A stretch of DNA of 63,069 nucleotides, counting the filler, from Reticulomyxa filosa (Eukaryota > Protista > Foraminifera): the NCBI GenBank assembly GCA_000512085.1. It is 13 parts of 13 records of this genome, joined end to end, with 100 filler letters (N's around TTAATTAATTAA, not from the genome) between each part and the next. Parts side by side here need not be neighbours in the genome. Positions count along the whole stretch, not along the records: positions 11,661 to 26,748 come from ASPP01010065.1; 12 more parts are not named here. One strand, 5' to 3'. Within the stretch, counting starts at the first letter, position 1. Each line of letters starts with the position of its first letter. This document shows, piece by piece, positions 12,717 through 24,938 of this stretch. The translations under genes were made by a program, and so were the position numbers. The notes under the pieces are model-generated. The model did no database searches, was not told where the DNA came from, and worked only from the letters and a program-made list of their open reading frames with translations.

Positions 12717-15700
12717 ATGCCTATGCATCTGTTTGGGTACGTATTATTATATGTTACAACATTGAACATTGTGGGTTGTAAGTCAAACGCAATACCTTGG
12801 AACTTTCCTTGCAATTCCACCCCAGCGAACGAGTACCCGTTTTGTAACGCGTCGCTGTCGTTTGAAGAGCGATCAAAAAACTATGTGGATCTGTTGACAT
12901 TGAATGAGATGCAAGGCTTATCAGGAAACACAGCAACAAGTGTTCCTGCGCTTGGGGTGGGAGCGTACCAATGGAATAGCGAAGCACTGCACGGGGTTGG
13001 CCATGGTCCGGGAATAACATTTGGCGGGGACCTGCCCTATTCCACCATGTTTCCACAAGTCATTTCCACCGCGTCGAGTTTCAATCGATCACTATGGCAT
13101 GCCATAGGAAACGCAACTGGTGTAGAGGGTCGAGTGTTTTTCAATAATGGGCGATCCGGGGCAACATTTTGGTATTTTTTTTTTTTTTATAAAAAAAACA
13201 AAGATTAAACTAACAATACAAATTTTTATTATTATTGAAAAAAAAGGGCACCGAACATTAACATTTTTCGAGATCCACGTTGGGGCAGAGGTTAATGGAC
13301 AACACAAAAAAAAAAAAATGGACGTTTTTTTTTCCCCCCCCTCATTTGTTTTTATTATAATGACAAGGACAAACAAATGAACACATTAAAAACGAAAGGC
13401 CAAGAAACCCCTGGCGAAGATCCCTTTGTGACATCAGGTAAAGTGTAATCCGACGTTTATGGCAGTAGCAATGTATAAGTATGTGTGTATAAAATAATCC
13501 TCGATAGAATACGCCGTGAAGTTTGTGACGGGAATGCAAGGAACGGACAAGAAGTACCTGCAGGTGAGTGCGTGTTGCAAGCACTTGGCGGCGTACAGTC
13601 TGGAGGACAGCGGCAGCGTGACTCGCCACAACTTCAATGCCATTGTGTCCGACTACGACTTGAACGACACCTATCTGCCCGCTTTTCAAAGCTGCGTGAT
13701 GCGCGCCAATGTATCGAGCGTTATGTGTAGCTACAACTCGGTCAATGGCGTGCCGTCGTGTGCAAATCATTGGCTGCTCACCGAGCTCGTCCGAAACACT
13801 TGGAAATTTCAAGTTTTTTTTTTTTTTTTTTTCACATATACATATATAACATATACATAAACTTATACACATAAGGGAATATATGTAATGTTTCGAATCT
13901 GCAATTCTAAAAATAAATAATAATGGCAACGATATAACGATGATATGTTTTTGTTTTTGTTTTTGTTTTTTTTTTTGACTGAAACAAGGGCTATATCACA
14001 GGGGATTGCGGCGCAACCTCGGATATTCTGAGCCCCCACAATTATACGCTAAACACTGGCGAAACAGCGTCGGTGGCATTGAAAGCAGGGATGGACAATG
14101 ACTGCGGCTCGCTGTTGCAAGGAGCGGTGGTCGATGCGGTGAACGCAGGGTACTTGGCAGTGTCGGATCTCCAGCGGGCCATGTACAACTTGGCAATGGT
14201 GCAAATGCGCTTGGGCATGTTTGATCCGTCCTCCCATGTTGTGTACAGTTCCTATGGGCCGGACATGGTCGCTACGCGCTCTCATTTGCTCATCTCCTAT
14301 CACGCTGCTCAACAGTCAGTCGTCTTGTTGAAGAACCGGTAATCGACTCTTGCCGCTCGACGTCTTCGCATTCCAAACCTTTGCCATGTTGGGCCCCAAT
14401 TCTGCTGACCCCGTCGTCATGGAAGGGTATGCTTGTTGTCGTTTTTTTTTTTTTTTTTTTTTACAAAAAACGCAATGCGATGGAGATCTGTGTCCATTTT
14501 TTTTTTTTTTTTTTTTTGTAATGCTCGCAAAAAAAAAAATAAATATTAATACAACCTTTTCTTTTTTTTTTTTAATAAAGAAATTACTACGGTGTCCCGC
14601 CATTTATCTATAGCGCTTTGGTATGAACGAATTCTCTTGTTTATTTGTTTGCTCATTTCCATACAAAAGAAAATAAAGAGGAAACATCATGCCACATTTG
14701 AATAGGATGGATTGTATACATATGTTGTGCCAAGCAGTGTATTAAACGCGACTGGGTGCAGTGTGAGTGGCACTGACACCAGTGGCTTTCAACTTGCGAT
14801 TAATTATGCGAAGAAAGCTCAAGTGACTTTTTTGGTTGTTGGATTGAATCAGGTCAAAATAATGCAATTTATTAATTTAATTATGTATACATATATATGT
14901 AAACATATATGTAAATATATATGTGTAAATATATATGTAAATATATATGTAAATATATATGTAAATATAAATGTGGATTCTATAAACACAAATACAAATA
15001 CAAATACAAACTCAAAAGAACGAAGAAGGTGAAAGCAATGATCGCACATCGATAGCGCTGCCAGGAGTACAAAACCAATTGATCGAAAGCATAGCCAATG
15101 CATCGTCAGGGCCAGTGATAATGATAATACTATCCGGAGGTTGTGTCGACGTTTCCCAGTGGCAAGCCGACGACCGCATCGATGCCATTCTTTGGGCAGG
15201 ATACCCCGGCATGTACGGGGGCTTGGCCATCTTCGATGTCATCTTCGGCACCGTCAGTCCGAGCGCGATGCTCACGCAGACGTGGTATTTAGCAAACTAT
15301 GTCAATCAAGTGGCTCCAACCGATATGAATATGCGACCCTCCAAGCGTGATCACTCCAATCCTGGTCGCGGCTATCGCTACTTCCCTGGTCAGGTCAACT
15401 ATCCTTTTGGTTATGGTTTGGGCTACACCATTTTCCAGTTGCGTGCTACTATTATTTCTCTTTAACTTTTTTTATTTTTTATTTTGATATTATTTATTAT
15501 ATCATTCATATAAAAAACTAATCAAAATTTTTATGTTTTCTCTTTTGCTTTGTTTTATTAGTTGCGAAATTATTGATATACTGAGAGACGCAGTCACTGT
15601 GGAAGTGCAAAACTTGCTCAATGTCGCTGGAAGCACACCAGTGCTGGTGTTTTGGATCCCGTATAATGCCGGCGTCAACGGTATGCCCTTGAAACGATTG

Positions 15701-15826
15701 GTTGCTTTTGACAAAATCTTTTTGGGGGATGAATTGCCACATTTAATTACAATGAACTGGTATCAAGAGTTTCTTTTCACCAATCTTACTAATGATGGGT
15801 CTTTCAGCTGTCAAACCCTACTTTAA
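12717..15826 (+). CDS. Secreted glycoside hydrolase family 3 beta-D-xylosidase-like protein (multi-exon)
   Basis: Signal peptide, then PFCNASLSFEER, WNSEALHGV, FPQVISTASSFN, W|APNINIFRDPRWGRG|QETPGEDP, CCKH, VMCSYNSVNGVPSCAN, GYITGDCGA (nucleophile Asp), WAGYPG, GRGYRYF...YPFGYGLGYT. Confidence 0.93.
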
Positions 15827-16680
15827 CATATTTTTTCTTGTGCCTTGTGTCGTTGCCCTTGTGTTTATCTTTTTTTTTTTTGCTATACCTTATTGTTCTA
15901 TTTGCAAAAAATTCTTCCGCTAATCGTGGTCAGAGTTTATTTTTAAAACAAATTCTTTTTTTTCTTTTTCTCTCTAAATTCAAAGTCGTATTTACACCTT
16001 TGTGTTTTCTTTTTATTTCTAAGTTTACACATACTCTGTCCTACATGCCTTTTTACTAAAAAAAAGATAGTGCTCAAGCCTTTTTTTTTGTGCTTTGTTT
16101 TATTCAAAAAAAACGTTTTACTTTTTGGGAGATGTTTGAATTTGTGTTTCGTTTTGGGATTGAGATACTTTATGTTAACATTTTTCAAACTAACAAAATA
16201 GAACGTTCACTAAAAAAAATCTATTGATTTTTTCAATCGGTCAAAGGGCATTCTTAAATGTGGTCCGTTTGCTGTTGCATTTGTCGCATTTTTTTGAGCA
16301 AATTTTTGAGACTGAACTCTTCTTCCCCTTTTTTAAATATTTATCCAAAAGTGTCAAAAGCTGGTCTTTCCTTGTTGTATATCATCTCACATAATTTCAG
16401 CAAACTTTTGATTTCTTCTAAAGCAATGCATATTCCATATAAAAACACCAACAAGTTTGATTACGGTTAACCTGACGTTTGCCTCAAAAAGGAGATGCAA
16501 AGTGAACATAAGCTGGTGTAAGGAGGAAATGATACCAAGTCGATTTATAGTTTTAATTGTTGTCACGTTTTTGCAAATATGAAAATCAATATCCAAAAAT
16601 AATCGATGACAAAAATTTTACAATGATTTTTTATGTAAGAAAGCTAGTTAGTTAAAAAGTCGTGTACTGGCACTGTTTTT

Positions 16681-18035
16681 TCACAGCATATCTTTCAGAT
16701 TGTTCTTTCCCACAAGCATAGTAACGTCCCAAAAAACTCTTGAGATATTGTCTTGATCAGTAGCACAAGTGACGTAGCAAGAAAAGATTTTCCCTCTTTG
16801 TCTCGATTGAAATAGGTTACGGATAAACTCTAGTGCTTGGTTATAACATCTTTCAAAGTGCTGTTCGTGCTCACTTTCTTTGGGATTGTAATTCATTCCC
16901 TTCCATTGCTCTTCCTCCCTATCATTTCGTACATATTCAAAGTTTGTAACAGCTCCTTAGTTGCAAGTTTATGTTTTTATACATATGTACCATCCAGCTT
17001 CGTGACTGAAGCAAACACTCAATGGGACTTTTCGAAGTTGTTCACGGAACAAATCGCGCTTGTTTAAAAACAATATTGTCCCTAAGAACAAAAAAAAAGT
17101 CTAGTATATATGTATATGTGCACATCTTTTTTTCCTCATAAGAACCTAGGCCCCGGGATTCCATATTTACATACTCCGTAAATACTGCTAAAGCCTCGTG
17201 CATTGCATTTTTGGTATTGTCTTCAAACAAGACACAATTGTAATGGTTCAATGCCACTACAAACAACACTGTCGACAAGTCTTCCCTGTGATCAATCCAG
17301 GTTTTCTGTCCGTGTCTTAGTCCTCCGATGTCCACAAGACGAAGTAAACAATTCTTTACCCTGTATATGTACGTTTCCGTCTCTATTTTCAACATGCACA
17401 CAAATAGTTCGAACAAAGATATTTCAAACTACTTTTTTATGTATGTAAAATAAATACATAAATACGTATATAAAGTCTTGACCTGTAGTACGTACACGTG
17501 CTTTGAGAAGATCCTCTTTCGTTGCAAAATATTTGGGATGCATAATATCAATGGCTCTTTCATAAAAATATTCCATATTCATTTCGTTTGCAAACTGTAT
17601 TCTTTTTGCAAAAGTTGCTTGAATTGATGGTAATTTCCACAAATATGCGATTGTTTTTCCCAAAGTTATTAAATCTTCTTCAGAGAGTTCTTCGTTTTCT
17701 GTAAATACAAACTCTGGAGTTTTCATAAGAGATTGAATATTTGTACTTATTTCTGTCGTTTCATCGATCAAACAATCGATATTTTTCTCTTTGTCCGTTT
17801 CGTACAGTGATTGTGAGTGCTTTATTAACCACTTCATAAACTCAAGTAGCGTTTGTCTTATTTTCCATGTTGTTTGCACTATCATTCGTGGTTCTATCAT
17901 TTCTTTTCCTTCTGTTTCCTTCAAGCTCTTGAATATTGTCGATTTACCACTGCCAGCAGTCCCTAGCACGAGCACTTTGTGCTCTCTTAGGTTTTTATCG
18001 CGCTCAGCATTCTCGTTACTGCAAACGCAGCCCAT
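16681..18035 (-). CDS. Heterotrimeric G-protein alpha subunit (about 4 exons) with divergent GTPase motifs
   Basis: MGCVCS lipidation N-terminus, GTAGSGKST P-loop, RVRTTG switch I, DIGGLR switch II, FLNKRD (G4), TCATD (G5). Confidence 0.92.
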
Positions 18036-18276
18036 TCTTAAAAGTGATCAAAAAAATAAATCTCCCTCCCTTCTTTTTGTTTAAGTGTTCAAGAATTGCG
18101 AAAATCCCAAAACGGCGCAACAGACCATTTTAAATTGACAACAATTTTTTTTTTCTTTTACAAACAAGCAATGAGATAAGTGTTTTTTTTCAAAAATAAA
18201 TGTGTTGAAGTTCTTGTCGTGAAAAGAATAATTTACAGAAAAAGGATAAAAGAATTTGATTCAACAATTTTCTCTA

Positions 18277-20184
18277 TTAAGACAAATCTCTCACTTTATT
18301 TTTAATTTTAGAAGTGATTTCATGCTGTTCTCCTCTTCGTGCGCTGGATGATTTCCACGCCTCTTCAAAATATTGCAGTGCAACTCGTTTATCTCCTAAT
18401 ACCTCATAAGTTTCTCCAAGATGACAAAGATATATTTCATTGTAAACATCGGCATTATCAAAAATTTGTTGTCTGATATTGAATGCTTTTGTATAGTACG
18501 AAATGGCTTCATTGTAATCTTTCATTCTGGAATGAACAGATCCTATATCACTAAGAATTTGTGCAGTCCAAGGATGATTCATTCCAAACACTTCAACGGC
18601 CGCTTGTAATCCCTGTTCATGGGCTTGAATGGAATAATCGTATTGTTGATTTTCCTCATACGCAAGCCCTAAACTGCTGTACGCAAAAGGAATGAATGGA
18701 TGGTCATATCCATACGTATCAACGCATTTTTTGAAATGTTGTAAGCTATTTTCAATGATAGTGTCAAAAAAAAACCATCGAGGCCATCCAGGAACAATAT
18801 GTTCTAAGTTGCTATCCCACGCAATTGGAATAACAGGTTGCGAGAATTTGTAGACTGTTCCACGGTTTGTACCGAAGCAATGAGTTGTAATGTTAACTTC
18901 TCCTTCACATTCAAATTTGCAATCAATGATGTATATATTTCCATTAATCCTTACATCGCGTAAAGTGATTGCTTTTCCTTTTATCACACATATCCGATAT
19001 TGCTCATCACTTTTGTCGTTATTGATTAACACATGATATGAGGTAAGTGTATATCCCTTGGTTGCATTTTGCCATCCAGAAATATTGTTAGCAGCAATAA
19101 CCAATCCGGGATCATCATATTGTATCATTTCACTACATATCTTCATTGCCTCCAAATTCACTTTGAACCAGTCTTCTTCATTGGGATGTCTTTTCCACAT
19201 TTTCAGTGCTGTTTTCATATTCACTGCCAAATTGTCCTTTTTATTGTCTTTACCCCCAATGATGTGCACACAATTGCTCCGTTTATCAAATATCGCATTA
19301 CAGTCACATAATGGCATAGGCAACATATATTGCAATTTTGTCCACTTATCCTCCAATATTGAATATTTGCAAATTTGCTTTGAAACAGATCGATTGCTTC
19401 GGCCTCCAAAACACAGAATGATATCATTGACACAGAGATAGGCATATCTTTTCAACGATGAAATATCCTCACAAATATGCAGACTGTCAAATGTGAAGTC
19501 GTTATTTTCTTCGCTGTAAACAATAGACAATCCCGTTTTCTTATAAAATAACAACATGTTGTTTCGTGTTGGATTTCTTAAGACAAAACAGTGATACCAT
19601 ATCCAACCGTCGTCGGTTGGCAATGTGCTATAGCTTACATATTTACACATATCCAAATCAAATACGTCTAAGTTTTTTGGCGGATAGCTGATAAATAACA
19701 AATTTCTTTTCTTTCCACCAATTACTGCACGTGCTCCTTCGTAGCTTGATTTATCTCTTGCAATATGACATGGCTTGTTAGTACCATCAGTAAAAATCAC
19801 CCATTCATTACAACCTTTTTCTTCCTCTTTTTCTTCTTTTTTCCAAACACTTACGTATTTCATTACCAATGTGTGCTTAGGCTTTCCACTAAAAGATAAT
19901 AAGGTAATGCTGTCGTCATTCGCTTCCTTATTTTCAAGTTTTACTATAACGTAGTCAAATAGTTTAACGTCGTCCGGGTATGAACATATCCTTTTGTATT
20001 GTTTTTTAATTACATGGTAAGAATAACAGTCCCTTTCATAATAACCACCACAAATAAGGATTTCGTCGTTGTGGGACACACATTGGCTTTGGAAAAGTGG
20101 AAGAGGCAAGGAAGGCAAGTACTCAAACGCTGTTAGAGTAGACAGACTTGTCTTTTCTTCAGAGTTTGAATCACTTGGGTTCAT
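18277..20184 (-). CDS. Kelch-repeat + C-terminal TPR protein (635 aa, intronless)
   Basis: Kelch GG motifs (LICGG, VIGG, LCFGG, HIIGG) with LPxPL..C blade linkers. The C-terminal ~42-aa TPRs resemble kinesin light chain repeats (HPFIPFAYSSLGLAY; HPWTAQILSDIGSVH...AISYYTKAFNIR). Confidence 0.85.
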   Translation of the reverse strand: MNPSDSNSEEKTSLSTLTAFEYLPSLPLPLFQSQCVSHNDEILICGGYYERDCYSYHVIKKQYKRICSYPDDVKLFDYVIVKLENKEANDDSITLLSFSGKPKHTLVMKYVSVWKKEEKEEEKGCNEWVIFTDGTNKPCHIARDKSSYEGARAVIGGKKRNLLFISYPPKNLDVFDLDMCKYVSYSTLPTDDGWIWYHCFVLRNPTRNNMLLFYKKTGLSIVYSEENNDFTFDSLHICEDISSLKRYAYLCVNDIILCFGGRSNRSVSKQICKYSILEDKWTKLQYMLPMPLCDCNAIFDKRSNCVHIIGGKDNKKDNLAVNMKTALKMWKRHPNEEDWFKVNLEAMKICSEMIQYDDPGLVIAANNISGWQNATKGYTLTSYHVLINNDKSDEQYRICVIKGKAITLRDVRINGNIYIIDCKFECEGEVNITTHCFGTNRGTVYKFSQPVIPIAWDSNLEHIVPGWPRWFFFDTIIENSLQHFKKCVDTYGYDHPFIPFAYSSLGLAYEENQQYDYSIQAHEQGLQAAVEVFGMNHPWTAQILSDIGSVHSRMKDYNEAISYYTKAFNIRQQIFDNADVYNEIYLCHLGETYEVLGDKRVALQYFEEAWKSSSARRGEQHEITSKIKNKVRDLS

Positions 20185-20516
20185 TCAGAGTTTTATTAGT
20201 AGACTCAGTTATAGTTAATAGAGGTGATTTATTATTATATTTTTTAAAAGGGTTTTACAGCACGTATCCTTTATTTCGTGAACAATGCATATGTTCTTTA
20301 TTTTAGTATTAATGACAAAAAGCTCTGAAAAATAATATTTGTTCTATAAACATTCAATTATTTTTTTTTGCTTACCTTGTCTTTTTTTTCTCTCGACAAA
20401 AACATTCCGTTAAACAGTTGCAAAGTTCAGCAGGGTAAGGAAGCTTTTTTTAAAAATAGAACATTATTTGTTTGCTTTATTTTGTTTTTCTCTGAACCAA
20501 GAAACAATGCTGTAGA

Positions 20517-21670
20517 ATGGAGACTCAAGATAATAAAAAGGAAGAACCATTATCACATCTGGTAAGCTCTTCGTGTAAATAAATCAATTGTCGTTACCGA
20601 ATGAACCAACAAAAAACAGCTAGAAGAAAATATCACAACAATAATTGAGAACTGGCTTCGCACTTTAAATATTAAACTTGGATGGATTTGTGACTTTGAT
20701 AAAATTGTTTTTAAATATGTTAAGCCATATTTGTTCTTTTGTATTTTGTGTTAAAATAGAATATTGATTTACATAAATCATATAGGCAAAAAATTTTGAG
20801 TTGTTAAAAGTTTTAAAAGGACATGAAGGTGAAATAAATAGTGTAAAATTCTCAGCAGATGGTAGTAAGATTGTTTCGTCATCAGATGATACAACAGTTC
20901 GAATATGGGATGTGAAATCAGGACAACAAATTAAAGTATTACAGGGACATTGTGACTGGACTACTGATGCAGAATTTTTATCTGATGGACATACAGTTGT
21001 TTCATGTTCATGTGACAAAGTAATAATACTATGGGATATAGAATTAGGTAATGCAATAACGAAATTAGAAGGACATTTAAATTGGATATGGGGTATAAAT
21101 GTCTCCACAAATGACAAAAGTATTGCATCTTGTTCAACAGATAAAACAATAAGACTATGGGATAGAGATTCTGGAAAAGAAATTAAACAGTTAGAAGGTC
21201 ATTCAGATACGGTATATACTGTACAATTTTCATCAGATGATCAAATGCTTGTATCATCATCATGTGACAAAACAATTGGTTTATGGGATGTAAAAACTGG
21301 TAAAAGATTAAAAGAGTTAAATGGACATGCTAATTCTGTAACTTGTGCAAAATTTTCACCAGATGGTCAGCTTATTGCATCATGTTCATGGGATAAAACC
21401 GTCAGAATATGGGATGTAAAAACAGGATTAGAATTAAAAGTATTACAAGGACATTTAGATGAAGTGAAAGAATTACAATATTTTCCAGATAGTCAGACTC
21501 TTTTATCTTGCTCATCTGATAAAACAATTCGTCTATGGGATGTGAAAACAGGAAATGAAATACACAGACTTGAAGTTAATTATGGCGTAGTGAGATGTGC
21601 AGATATTTCATCAGATAGTAGTATAATTGTATCTGGCTTAAATGACAGCACAATCAGAATATGGGGATAA
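20517..21670 (+). CDS. WD40-repeat protein (3 exons, 7 blades)
   Basis: Exon 1 METQDNKKEEPLSHL (GTAAG donor), exon 2 ...NWLRTLNIKLGWICDFDKIVFKY, exon 3 seven GH...WD repeats. Confidence 0.92.
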
Positions 21671-22101
21671 CAAAATTAACCATTTTTAAAGTATTATTCT
21701 GTTTACACTGCATTGTGTACAGAAAATGGATGTTTTTAACAAAAAAAAGTCGCTTTTACTGTGAAGTCCTCATCACATTTTCTAACTACATTGTATGCTT
21801 TTCATTATTCTCCATAGTATTAGCATACTTGATTTGTTTTTCATTTTTCAAAATGATAAAATTGAATTCAACAGGAGTGATGAATAATTTTGCTTTTTTA
21901 ATTCCTGAATGTTGATAAAATTGAACTGATAAACATTTTTAAAAAAACACGAGCAATGTTTTTTTCATAATTGGTTTAACCCCTCTTTTGAACTCAAAGA
22001 TAATAAATGGATATTACACTCACATCACCATATTTGGTTAATCTTTTGTTTGAAACTCTGTTTGTTCTGCTGTAATTGAACTTTCTTGTAAAATAAAATA
22101 G

Positions 22102-23123
22102 TCAGAAACCAAAATAAAGGTTACTAAACATTGGATTTGAATTTTGAATGTGAAATTGGGTTGGATCAATGATTTTGATAAAATTATTACCAAATATGTT
22201 ATGTATATATACATGTATTTTTTGAATAAATAAATAAAATAAAAATAAAAAATAAAAAATTATAGATGAAATATTTTAAATTATTAAGAATTTTACAAGG
22301 ACATAATGGTGTAATAAGATGTGTAAAATTTTCACCAGATGATACATTAATTAAAATATGGGATATTGAATCAGGAAAATCAATACAAACTTTCAAAGGA
22401 CATAATGATTATGTTCGTGCTGCAGAATTTTCACCAGATGGAAATACAATTATTTCATGTTCAGATGATAAAACAATTCGATTATGGAATGTAAATACAG
22501 GAAAAGAATTAAAAAGATTTGAAGGACATAAAAGATTGATATTAGATATAAGCTTTTCACCAGATGGTTCACATTTTATATCATGTTCATCTGATAAAAC
22601 AATACAATTATGGAATATACATTCTGGTAAAATAATTCAAAAATTCTTAGGTCATACAAGTGAAATATGGGATATCAAATTTTCACCCAATGGTCAAATA
22701 ATTGGTTCTTCATCTCATGATGAAACAATTGCTTTATGGAATGTAAAAACAGGTGAAAGATTAAAACAATTATCAGGATATTTAGGTCATGTAACATCTA
22801 TCAATTTTTCTCCAGATGGACAATTTATTATGTCATCTTCTTTTGATAAAACAATTCGAATATGGGATATACAATCAGGAATACAATTACATACATTTGA
22901 AGGACATTTAGATTATATAACTGATGCAAAATATTTTCCAAATGGTCAAACTATTGTATCTTGTTCAAATGATAACACTATTCGATTATGGGATGTAAAA
23001 TCAGGACAAGAAATACAAACTTTGTTAGGACATTTACATTATATAAAATGTGTTGATGTTTCACCAGATGGTAATGCAATTGTATCAGGTTCTTTTGACA
23101 AAACAATTCGAATCTGGTGTTGA
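22102..23123 (+). CDS. WD40-repeat paralog with damaged leader exons (possible pseudogene or WD-only form from ATG 22266)
   Basis: ORF 22266-23123 holds seven GH...WD repeats. The leader exon 22102-22197 (KHWI*ILNVKLGWINDFDKIITKY) has an in-frame TGA at 22138, and the first blade has a 9-aa deletion. Confidence 0.8.
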
Positions 23124-23379
23124 TGTGATTCTCATTGTATTTTATTGTTTTTTACGGGAAATTTGCAAAGAAAAATAAAATATTGTTTTCTGTCATTCCT
23201 TTTGCATTGAATATAAAGCTATATCTTATCCGAAGATTCCAATGCAGTAATTAAGAGAATTTTTTTGTCAAAGTTAAATCTAAATTCATGTGTTCACTTT
23301 TTAAGTGAAATTTGATTTTTGTTTTTCCCAACCTTCGACTCAAGAAAAACAAATTCTATTGATAATTAATTTGAAAATG

Positions 23380-23600
23380 ATTATATAAAAAATTGTGAAT
23401 TTCGAATTTTGATTATTAAATTATGATGGATCCATAATTTGTGTCAAATATGTTAAATTTATGTTTCAAAATCAAATGAAAATGTTGTCAATGTTATAAA
23501 TTATTAACACGTTGACAATATATGACCAAACAATTCAAATTATTGAAAATCTTTCATTATAATGATGACACAATAACAATAAAATTTTTAAAAATACAAT
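23380..23600 (+). pseudogene. Relic of a third WD40-family copy (leader exon plus start of WD exon)
   Basis: cgaattttgattattaaattatgatggatccataatttt...aaatatgtt resembles the RxLxIKLGWIxDF...KY|gt exon. It is followed by KQFKLLKIF, similar to KNFELLKVL and KYFKLLRIL of the intact copies. Confidence 0.5.
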
Positions 23601-24938
23601 TTTTTCGTCTTTCTGAATCTTTATTAAAACAAAAATTGTTCTTTACTTGTTGATTTTATTTTTTAAATTTTAAAAGTTTCAATTTTTTAATTTGTTTAAT
23701 TTTAATGAGTTTTTATCGACATTAAAAAAATCTTTTTTAACATCATTCATAATCGATACAACTTTGTAAAAAAAGTTGTATTTTGAATTATATTAAATAT
23801 TAAAACAATCAAATACTGCAACGTATCTGAAAGAATTTTGAAGAATCACTTCGAAGATTTCCAACGATTTTGACATAATATTCGTTGTGAAAACAGCCAA
23901 AGATAAGTCCAAAGAAATAATTTTATTTTTAAAACTAAATTAACTAGTGAAATTTTTACTAGTTGAAATTTCAATATATCATATATTGTGATTTTGCACA
24001 ATATAATATATTTACAATAAAATAATAGAATCATAATGTCGATTACAAGCAAGTATATCAAACAAATTAATGTAATTTGATATTGAATGAACTAAAATAG
24101 CAATCAACAATTTCAAATACTTTTTATTTGACATTAAGTGAAATTTATTTTGTTTTATTTCTTTGATTTGTTGAAAGATTATATTAAATTTAAACATTTT
24201 TAATACTTCAACAATTTGAAAACAGTGACTTAGATAATTCTGTTTCTAAACGCTACAGTAGTCCTCACTGACTATATAAATTGAATAGCCAAAATTGTTT
24301 TCACAACAGTTAATTGATCTCGACAAACAATCTTTGATATTCAATTTTGTTTTTTGATATTTCCAAGTTTCATTAAAATTGAAATTTAGTTTTTCGCTTG
24401 TCGTTGTCAATTGTGTGATAGTATTCTACAAATTTTTGTTTATTTTTCCTTTTTTATTTGTTATTAGAGTTATGTGCTCTTTGACTAGGATAATATCTAT
24501 TTTTCGCTAAAAAAAACATATTATATACTACAAACAAAACAGTCAATACAATAATTTCGAAATTAAATAATAAAATTCATAAGAATTTGGAGGCACGTTT
24601 TTTAAAGACTTCTTTGTATTAAAGTGAACGCAAAAATTTTTTCATATTCTGTGTACATGATTTGAAAAAGTGCTAATTCTGTACCTTTTAATAAAACTCT
24701 GGATGGTCACAAAAAGATATGAAAAGAAGGAAACCAGCAGATATAATTATACACACCAGGAGCAGCTTGTTAGACAAGAGCTGGGATCTAGCGAAAATGG
24801 CTCCAAGGATGTAAATTCAAAGAAAGGGAGAGGGCAGGAAAAAAAAAAGTGAAAAAAAACAAAAGAAAAAAGAATACAAGGTCAAACAAGAAGAACAAGA
24901 TAAAAAGAAACATACAACAATTGTAAAAAAAAATGTTT

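Noticed and set aside
14885-15012. 12-bp (GTAAATATATAT) and 6-bp (ACAAAT) tandem repeats
   Set aside because: Ordinary intronic microsatellites inside the GH3 gene.
22138-22140. In-frame TGA as stop-codon reassignment or selenocysteine
   Set aside because: Other genes here end in TGA and use TGG for Trp. A CGA-to-TGA transition in a decaying exon is the simpler explanation.
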